Below are positions 1-7,004 of a stretch of DNA of 64,000 nucleotides, piece by piece (position 1 is the first letter of the stretch; the number at the start of each line of letters is the position of its first letter). The position numbers were made by a program, and so were the translations under genes. The stretch is from Candidatus Omnitrophota bacterium (GTDB lineage: Bacteria > Omnitrophota > Gorgyraeia > Gygaellales > Profunditerraquicolaceae), in NCBI GenBank assembly GCA_026416665.1, contig JAOAET010000014.1, forward strand, positions 557 to 64,556, given 5' to 3'. The notes beneath the pieces were generated by a model. The model searched no databases, was not told where the DNA came from, and was given only the letters and a program-made list of their open reading frames with translations.

Positions 1-4
1 TTTT

Positions 5-1696
5 TTATCCTTCAACATCAAGAGTAACTCGCATTACCTCCTCTGGGGTTGTTAATCCCCCTAAAAGTTTCTGCAATGCTGCTTGCCGCAAGGTTATTAG
101 ACCATCTTTTATGGCCAACTCTCTAATTACATCTGCTGACTCTTTTTTTAAAACCGCCTCTTGAATAGTAGGAGTAACTTTTAATAATTCGTAGATACCT
201 GTTCTCCCCTTATACCCTGTTTGATTACAAACCTTGCAACCTCTTCCTTTCATAAAAGTAACAGGCTTATTAATATAACTATCAAGACCCAAGCTTTTTA
301 ATAATTCTGGTTTAGGCTCATAAGATTCTTTACATTTATCACATACCTTTCGTAATAATCGCTGAGCCAAAACGCCCAAAATTGAGGAAGAAATAAGGAA
401 TGGCTCTACTCCCATATTCATTAACCGTGTAAACGCAGACGGTGAATCATTGGTATGGAGTGTAGAAAAAACCATATGACCAGTCAAAGCTGCTTGTACA
501 GCAATCTCAGCTGTCTCTAAATCGCGTATTTCTCCTACCATAATAATATCCGGATCTTGTCGTAAAAACGACCTTAAAGCTGTAGCAAAAGTAAGCCCGG
601 CAACAGGATTTACTTGCACCTGACGCATTCCAGGGAATTGATATTCTACAGGGTCTTCAACAGTCATGATATTGACATCCTCTTTATTAAGTAACTGTAA
701 AGCAGAGTACAGTGTGGTGGTTTTTCCACTTCCAGTAGGACCAGTTACCAGAAGAATACCATAGGGTGAAGAAATTAATTCTTTAAAAGTAGCTAAAGTC
801 TGCGGAGGAAATCCTAGCGACTCCAGCCCCAGAACAAGTCCACTTTTATCTAGAATTCTTAAAACAATATTTTCTCCGTGCACAGTAGGACAGGTAGAGA
901 CACGAAAGTCTATATCTTTAGAACCAATCTTCATCATGATTCTTCCATCTTGTGGCAGACGTTTTTCCGCAATATCTAACCCCGCCATAATTTTAAAGCG
1001 TGAAGTTATGGCGCTAGCTAAATCTTTAGGAAGCGCGGGTTGTCTATGAAGCATTCCATCTATACGATAACGCACATTAAGGACATTTTCTTCAGGTTCA
1101 ATATGGATATCCGATGCCTTGTTTTGTACAGCTTGAATAATCAAATAATTTACAATTTTTATTATTGGCGCCTCTTCTCCTAATTTATCCGCCTCAACTA
1201 ACTTATTTTTATCAATAGAAGAAACTATCTCTTGTAAACTGCCTGTAGGGCCATAATACTGATCCTGCGCCTTGCGTATTTCAATCTCATCACAAGACAC
1301 CGGTTCAACATTCAGCTTTGTTAACCTTTGAATTTCGTCTATTACATAAACATTTGTAGGGTCAACCATAGCTACCGTAAGAGTGCTCTCTACTATAAAT
1401 ACAGGCATTATTTTATATTTGCGTGCAAAAAATTCGGGTATTAACCGGATTACTTCTGGTTCAATAATATAACTTGAGAGATTAAAAGCGGTAATACCCT
1501 TTTGCATATTAAGACATTTTTCGACAGCCTCTCGACTTGCCCAACCACGGCGCACAATAATCTCCCCAAGTTTTCCCCCTGACATCTTCTGTTCCATTAA
1601 GGCCTCATTAAGTTGTGAGGGGGTAATTAGACCTTTTTCAATAAGAAGCTCTCCTATCTTCTTTGGAATTTCTCCCATTTTTCCCTCATTTATCAA
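5..1696 (-). CDS. GspE/PilB/MshE-family type IV filament assembly ATPase (ATPase 1)
   Basis: Walker A GPTGSGKTT, Asp/His boxes and tetracysteine CDKC...CKVC. N-terminal T2SSE_N domain carries two 24-residue MshEN-like motifs (KIGELLIEKGLITPSQLNEALMEQ and KLGEIIVRRGWASREAVEKCLNMQ) separated by 5 residues. Confidence 0.9.
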   Translation of the reverse strand: MINEGKMGEIPKKIGELLIEKGLITPSQLNEALMEQKMSGGKLGEIIVRRGWASREAVEKCLNMQKGITAFNLSSYIIEPEVIRLIPEFFARKYKIMPVFIVESTLTVAMVDPTNVYVIDEIQRLTKLNVEPVSCDEIEIRKAQDQYYGPTGSLQEIVSSIDKNKLVEADKLGEEAPIIKIVNYLIIQAVQNKASDIHIEPEENVLNVRYRIDGMLHRQPALPKDLASAITSRFKIMAGLDIAEKRLPQDGRIMMKIGSKDIDFRVSTCPTVHGENIVLRILDKSGLVLGLESLGFPPQTLATFKELISSPYGILLVTGPTGSGKTTTLYSALQLLNKEDVNIMTVEDPVEYQFPGMRQVQVNPVAGLTFATALRSFLRQDPDIIMVGEIRDLETAEIAVQAALTGHMVFSTLHTNDSPSAFTRLMNMGVEPFLISSSILGVLAQRLLRKVCDKCKESYEPKPELLKSLGLDSYINKPVTFMKGRGCKVCNQTGYKGRTGIYELLKVTPTIQEAVLKKESADVIRELAIKDGLITLRQAALQKLLGGLTTPEEVMRVTLDVEG

Positions 1697-2839
1697 TTAC
1701 CACAAATTTTCTTTTAACCATTGATCTATCTTTTCCATTCTATCTAACCAAGAACTAACCTCTTCATTTTTTGAACGCCTTTGCCTAGAAGTTTGTATTT
1801 CATTACTGGCTGGTTTCTTTAGCGTTTTTTTATAAACAATTTCCTGTTGTAATTTTCTTTCACTCTTCTTTTGGACTGGTTGTATTATTTCCTTTTCCTG
1901 TTGTTTATTTAGCTTTTGACTTAGTTTATCTTCTTCTCTTTTTTCTTGACCGGTTTGTAGCAATTTAATATCTTTACTTTTTTGTTGTTGAGCAAGACGT
2001 TGTATTTCTTTCTCATATAACTGTTCACGCCTCTGACGAAATAATTCTTCTTCTCTAATCTGCTTTTGCCTTTGTTGCTCTTCTTTCTCCTTTTGTCGTC
2101 TTAATCGTTCTTCCTCTTGTAAACGTTTTTTTCTTTCTTGTTGTTGAATACGGAATTCTGCTTGGGAAGATGTATATTTGACTTTTTCTTCTTCAGGTTT
2201 ACTCACTAATTGTTCTTTTTTTTGCTGTTGAGGTATATTATTTTCAACTTCCTTTATCTTGACTTTTTCTTCTTGCTTATTCTTTGGTTCATATTCTTTT
2301 TTTTGTTCCGTCTTTGTAAGCTGCTTGTATCTCTCATCCTGCTCTAATTTCCTCTTTGCCAACATCTCTTGCCTTTGCGCCTGTCTTTGAGCTTTTAACT
2401 GCTCAATTCTGCCCTCTTTTTCCTGTCTTCTCATAACTAGCTGTTTAAGTTTTTCTTTACGCTGTTGCCTCTGTTGTGCCAATAACTGCTTGCGCCTATT
2501 ATTCTCTTCACGAACCTGCTGTTGCTTCTCTTGCTTTTTTTTATCCACTGCATCTTCTATCTTTAGTTTCTGTTTGGATTTTTCCTGTTTATTTAAAAGC
2601 GCATTCCTACTTTTTCTTTCCTCTATTTGAACTTGTAACTTTTTCCGTTGATTAACTAAATTTTTATAATATTGTTGTAAATCCGAAACCTCCCTTTCCT
2701 GTTGTTGTATTGTTTTTTCTAAGTTCCTGATACGTTCACTCAATTCGTCATATTTAGGTACCTCTGCCAGAGACAAGGAATCTATAAAAAAACAATTCAC
2801 TAGACTAAAAATTCCCATTACTAATAAACGCCTTTTCAT
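1697..2839 (-). CDS. secreted ER/K-rich coiled-coil / single-alpha-helix protein (380 aa)
   Basis: N-terminal signal peptide MKRRLLVMGIFSLVNCFFIDSLSLA. The remaining ~350 residues are almost exclusively K/E/R/Q/L with heptad character. Adjacent to the ATPase with no intergenic gap. Confidence 0.6.
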   Translation of the reverse strand: MKRRLLVMGIFSLVNCFFIDSLSLAEVPKYDELSERIRNLEKTIQQQEREVSDLQQYYKNLVNQRKKLQVQIEERKSRNALLNKQEKSKQKLKIEDAVDKKKQEKQQQVREENNRRKQLLAQQRQQRKEKLKQLVMRRQEKEGRIEQLKAQRQAQRQEMLAKRKLEQDERYKQLTKTEQKKEYEPKNKQEEKVKIKEVENNIPQQQKKEQLVSKPEEEKVKYTSSQAEFRIQQQERKKRLQEEERLRRQKEKEEQQRQKQIREEELFRQRREQLYEKEIQRLAQQQKSKDIKLLQTGQEKREEDKLSQKLNKQQEKEIIQPVQKKSERKLQQEIVYKKTLKKPASNEIQTSRQRRSKNEEVSSWLDRMEKIDQWLKENLW

Positions 2840-2857
2840 TCTTATTCCCTTCTTAAC

Positions 2858-4102
2858 TTAATAAGAAACTGTCCCTTGCAAAACACCTTGATGTTGTTGC
2901 CTTAAGGTTTTTAAAAAACTTTCTTCTGTCTCTAAATTCCTCTCTAAATCTTTCATCTGAATTGCCAGACTTTCTTGTTCTTTAAGTAAATTTTCTGTCT
3001 CGTTCAATATTTTCTCAAACCGTTTATCACACCTTTCTGTAAGCTCTATTTCCATTAGGCGATTACGTTTTTCATTCCAGTCTTTTAACCGCTTCTCTTC
3101 TTTGAGCTGGTTGTATTCTTGCTGTTTTTTTGGTTTTTCGGCCAATTCATATCTTTTTCGTACCTCTCGTATCTGTCTTATCCATGGGCGTTGTTTCAAT
3201 ATTTCTTCTCTTTTCCTCTGACGAATAATTTCCTTTAACTTCTGTTGATGTTCTCTTTTCTTGTAAGTAGTTTCTTCTCTTATTCTTTCAAATTTATTTT
3301 GTCCTTCTTCTTGTTTATTGGCTAACAACTCTTCTCTAAGTTTATCTTCCTCTGTTCTAGTTTGCTTTATTTCCTTGTTCTTACTTTTACTTAAAATATG
3401 TCTTAGCATCTGCCTTTCTCTAATTTTAAGCTTTTTATCAATACGTTTTAACTCTCTTTTTTTTCTTGCTTCTTGCTGCAGTTTATTTTTTCTTTCTTGA
3501 TGTTCCTTTGTCAACAGATTTTTAAGTTTATCTTTTTCTTGTTTTCTTTGGGCCTTCTTTTCCTCTTCAAGTTTTCTCTCAATTTCTCTAGTTATTAAAT
3601 TTTCTTGACGTTGAATTTCCCTTAGAGCTATCTTCTGTGCTTTTTTATCTTTTAACTCTTGGTTATGTTTTAATCTTTCTTCCTTACGTTCTATTGCCAT
3701 TATTTCTTTTCGTTTTCTGACCTCTTCCTTCTTAACACGCTCCTGTTTCCTTCTCTCCTCCTGCTGCTGCCTTAACCTCTCCCTCTCCTGCTTCTTCTTC
3801 TCTATCTCTTGCCTGTATTTGACCTTCTTTTTTTGAAGTTCTTTTTCTTCCTTATCTTTTTTTTCTAATTGCCGCTGCCTTATTTTATTTGTTATTTCCC
3901 TTTCTTTTTCCAGCTGTTCTTTCTTTATTTCTTTGTACCTTGTGCGTAGAAAATTTATTTTTTCTTCTTGTAGTTTTATCTGCTCTTCTAACTGTCTTAC
4001 TGACCTAAGCAATTCTTCTTCGGAATCTGCCCAAGAAGAAAATGAAAGGGTAAAAAAGCCAAGTATAGTGAATATAAATATTAACCATCCTCTATAATTC
4101 AT
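2858..4102 (-). CDS. secreted ER/K-rich coiled-coil / single-alpha-helix protein (414 aa)
   Basis: Signal peptide MNYRGWLIFIFTILGFFTLSFSSWA followed by ~390 residues of an ER/K (KEKE-type) charged helix. Paralogous in composition to the neighbouring genes. Confidence 0.6.
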   Translation of the reverse strand: MNYRGWLIFIFTILGFFTLSFSSWADSEEELLRSVRQLEEQIKLQEEKINFLRTRYKEIKKEQLEKEREITNKIRQRQLEKKDKEEKELQKKKVKYRQEIEKKKQERERLRQQQEERRKQERVKKEEVRKRKEIMAIERKEERLKHNQELKDKKAQKIALREIQRQENLITREIERKLEEEKKAQRKQEKDKLKNLLTKEHQERKNKLQQEARKKRELKRIDKKLKIRERQMLRHILSKSKNKEIKQTRTEEDKLREELLANKQEEGQNKFERIREETTYKKREHQQKLKEIIRQRKREEILKQRPWIRQIREVRKRYELAEKPKKQQEYNQLKEEKRLKDWNEKRNRLMEIELTERCDKRFEKILNETENLLKEQESLAIQMKDLERNLETEESFLKTLRQQHQGVLQGTVSY

Positions 4103-4116
4103 AGGATAATTATTAT

Positions 4117-4803
4117 TTAACCCTTCTTCTCTGTTTCTAATTTTTCCAATATATTATTTAGTTTCTTTATCTTCGCCTCTTCTTTGTTTAACAAGGTTTC
4201 TAGCAAACGTATTTTTCGTTCCAAAGATGTTTTCTTTCTGATAAGAAATTTTAAGGTCTTAGTAGGATTTTCAGTTTGTTCCGCTCTGTTACTAAACAAA
4301 GCCTCTTCGATTACTTTTTGACGAACCGCTACCAAATCTTCAGTTTTCTGGTGGGGTATTGTAGATGGTTTAGATTGTTTACTTCTAATAACTTTTTTTC
4401 TATTCTCTTCGTGTTTCTTCTTTAAAACTTTTGTTGACGTAGGTAGGAATAATTGTTCTTTTTTCACCTCTTTTTCTTTTGTAACTAATTGCTGTCTTGA
4501 TTTAGCAGAAATATCTTTTTCTTTACTGTACTTTTCTTTTTTCTTCTCTTGTTTTGTAAGACATTCGATCTCTTTCTTTTGCTGATTGATAGACAATTCA
4601 AGCTGCTTTCTTTGATAAACGAGATTTTCTAATTTTTTTTGCAGTTGGTTCACATATCTCTGCTGTTGAACAATCTCTTCGGTCAGTTGTTTAATCTTAA
4701 ACTTCAATATTCTGGGATTTTCAGAATTAAAAGCCATGCAATTTACCAAAGCAACCTCAAAAAATAAGCCTATAAATATCAAAATTGTAATATAATTTTT
4801 CAT
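4117..4803 (-). CDS. secreted ER/K-rich coiled-coil protein (228 aa)
   Basis: Signal peptide MKNYITILIFIGLFFEVALVNCMA, then a charged K/E/Q-rich helical sequence. Third member of the tandem triplet. Confidence 0.55.
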   Translation of the reverse strand: MKNYITILIFIGLFFEVALVNCMAFNSENPRILKFKIKQLTEEIVQQQRYVNQLQKKLENLVYQRKQLELSINQQKKEIECLTKQEKKKEKYSKEKDISAKSRQQLVTKEKEVKKEQLFLPTSTKVLKKKHEENRKKVIRSKQSKPSTIPHQKTEDLVAVRQKVIEEALFSNRAEQTENPTKTLKFLIRKKTSLERKIRLLETLLNKEEAKIKKLNNILEKLETEKKG

Positions 4804-4822
4804 TGGTAATTTTTTTTATTTC

Positions 4823-6106
4823 TTAATTAAAACTCTTTTCACCCTTTAGAGTATTTTTCTCTTTTTCTAGCTGTTTGATACGTTCTTCTTCCATATTTAC
4901 AGCTTCTTGTAATTTTTTTGTCTGGTTAATTAATAATTCCTGTTTCTTTAATAGCTCGTTCCACTTAACAGCAAGTTTATTGGCTTTATCCATTTCCTTT
5001 TTCTCTCGTTCAAGTATCCTTATTTCTTCTTCTTCTCTCTCTCTCACAAAATTCCTGCTAATGCCATAGCGTTCTTGCCTAGCTATCTGAGCTATTTTCT
5101 CTTCATTTATAATAGAAGGCGAAACGAAAATAAGTAGTTCAGTTCTTTCTTTAGTATTTAGTTTTGCCTTAAATAAATTACCTAATAAAGGAATATCTCC
5201 CAAAAGAGGAATTTTGGTCTCTGACTTTACATTACGACTGCGCATCAACCCCCCAAGTATCACAGTCTGGTTACTTTTAAGAACCAACTTAGTAGAAGCC
5301 ATTCTTCGGTCAATAATGGGCACAGTATAAGGTATAGATACACCTCCACTGGCAACAGTTAAAGTGTAATCATCTATCTTTTCACTAATTTCAGGATTAA
5401 GCGTCATTAATATATCCCCATTTTCGCTGATAGTTGGCGTTACCTGCAGCATAATACCTACATCTTCAAAATGAATTGTCCAGGTAACTTGAACCGACCC
5501 AGATTCTGAAGTAGTCAGTGTAGGTTCAGCCCAAGGTAACTGCTGAACAATCCTAATTTGTGCTGGACGGTTATTTACTGTTGCTACACGAGGTGCAGAA
5601 AGTACCTCTGTATTATAACTATTGGCTAAAGCATTGATAACAACATTAATATTTTCATCAAAAATAGAAAAGGTAAAAGGTGTTTCCTCTAATGTCCCTC
5701 CTGGCTCGATAGTGTTCTTGTAAGGTATAAGCTGAGTAAGGGATTCAGGAGGAATACCCACTGTACCTGCAGTAGTGCTACCTACTTTAAAATTGCCCAC
5801 TTCTGCTCCCTCAGAATGAAACAACCGCCAATTTACTCCTAATGATTGCTGATCAGTTAACCGCACCTCTACTACCCTTGCCTCAATAAGAACCTGCGCT
5901 GGAGACACATCAATAGCTTCCAGGTACTCACTAATCCTTTTGATATTTTCAGGATAGTCCATTACCACGATAGAATTGGGTTCTTCGCCGTAAAAAACTT
6001 TTCCTTCACTAGAAAGTAAAGCGCGAATATTATTACTTACTTGTTGTGCATAGATATTCACTAATAAAATTGCTGTAATTATAACAATCAAGATGATTTT
6101 TTTCAT
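4823..6106 (-). CDS. short secretin (GspD/PilQ family): one Secretin_N domain plus secretin core, with C-terminal ER/K coiled-coil tail
   Basis: Own signal peptide. N1-like VLIEARVVEV. Secretin core VLSAPRVATVNNRPAQIRIV...IPLLGDIPLLGNLFKAKLNTKERTELLIFVSPSII. Last ~90 aa are an ER/K-rich helix (EREEEEIRILEREKKEMDKANK...). Confidence 0.85.
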   Translation of the reverse strand: MKKIILIVIITAILLVNIYAQQVSNNIRALLSSEGKVFYGEEPNSIVVMDYPENIKRISEYLEAIDVSPAQVLIEARVVEVRLTDQQSLGVNWRLFHSEGAEVGNFKVGSTTAGTVGIPPESLTQLIPYKNTIEPGGTLEETPFTFSIFDENINVVINALANSYNTEVLSAPRVATVNNRPAQIRIVQQLPWAEPTLTTSESGSVQVTWTIHFEDVGIMLQVTPTISENGDILMTLNPEISEKIDDYTLTVASGGVSIPYTVPIIDRRMASTKLVLKSNQTVILGGLMRSRNVKSETKIPLLGDIPLLGNLFKAKLNTKERTELLIFVSPSIINEEKIAQIARQERYGISRNFVREREEEEIRILEREKKEMDKANKLAVKWNELLKKQELLINQTKKLQEAVNMEEERIKQLEKEKNTLKGEKSFN

Positions 6107-6137
6107 TCTTCTACCTCTTTTTAATATTTAATCTTGC

Positions 6138-6992
6138 CTATTTGCTTGAACCACTACTAGCTGTCCCAGTAGTTGTACTAGTAGTAGTCTGCACCTGTGT
6201 TCCCGTTGGAGTAATTACTTCTGTGGTTGTAGTTATCTTTTCGGTAGCGCCTACTACCTCATCCGCCTTAAGATATTTTAGTTTAAATACCCGTGTTTCC
6301 ATTTTATGATCTACTGTCTCTAAATATTGGGCAACGCGTTTTATATTTTCAGGATAATCAATTACCGTCAAAGCATTCTTCTGTGGTACTAACAAAATCT
6401 TTCCTTTTTTGGAGAGTAATGCAAATAAACCAGAAACCTGCTGATTATCTGATGAATCGCTACCTTCTCCTTTATTAGTAGCCGTAGTAGAGACCTCAAA
6501 AAGTTTCTTGGCTTCTATATGCTTTAACACAAAAGTTTGTGTTAATAGGTTTGGCCTTACTCTTAAAAGTGTTCCTTTTTTCTCAAGGATAAGATTACTA
6601 TGTTCGGCAATGGCCTCAAGTGCCTCTTCAAGCGAGATATCCGTAAAACTTGCCGTAATTTTTCCATCTACATCTTCATCTATAAGAATATTCAAATTAT
6701 AATCATGGGCAATAACACGAAACAAATCTCCTAAATTAACATTCCTTAATTCAATAGAATAGCGAGGTGCTTCTGCTTCTAACCGTTTTATTTCCAATAC
6801 CGGTGCATTAGTTAACTCTCTGTTAATCGGTTCTTGGACTTTTTGACCTTGTTGTTGGTTTGGTTGCTGTTGAGTAGGTTGAGATTTATCCTGACCAGCT
6901 GGCTCTTGTGCTTCTATATTTCCGTAATAAAACATACAAAACAAGCATAAAAGATAAATTTTTAATCCCTTATGTCTCTGAAAAACTAACAT
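6138..6992 (-). CDS. separately encoded secretin N0–N1 domain protein with Q-rich N-terminal and T/S-rich C-terminal low-complexity segments
   Basis: Signal peptide. STN/N0-like LGDLFRVIAHDYNLNILIDEDVDGKITASFTDISLEEALEAIAEH. N1-like ALTVIDYPENIKRVAQYLETVD, paralogous to VVMDYPENIKRISEYLEAID of the downstream secretin. Ends TTTTEVITPTGTQVQTTTSTTTGTASSGSSK. Confidence 0.6.
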   Translation of the reverse strand: MLVFQRHKGLKIYLLCLFCMFYYGNIEAQEPAGQDKSQPTQQQPNQQQGQKVQEPINRELTNAPVLEIKRLEAEAPRYSIELRNVNLGDLFRVIAHDYNLNILIDEDVDGKITASFTDISLEEALEAIAEHSNLILEKKGTLLRVRPNLLTQTFVLKHIEAKKLFEVSTTATNKGEGSDSSDNQQVSGLFALLSKKGKILLVPQKNALTVIDYPENIKRVAQYLETVDHKMETRVFKLKYLKADEVVGATEKITTTTEVITPTGTQVQTTTSTTTGTASSGSSK

Positions 6993-7004
6993 CCTATCTC
7001 CTTC

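Noticed and set aside
3318-3500. Plus-strand ORFs (3318..3500, 4875..5069, 14536..14922 and others) encoding F/L/S/C-rich peptides
   Set aside because: They lie entirely inside minus-strand ER/K or coiled-coil genes. They are antisense artefacts of AAG/GAA-rich coding sequence and have no independent support.
4823-6992. Possibility that the two secretin-related ORFs are one frameshifted pseudogene
   Set aside because: Each ORF starts with its own well-formed signal peptide and they are separated by a non-coding spacer. The N1 domains are diverged paralogs rather than contiguous halves of one domain series.
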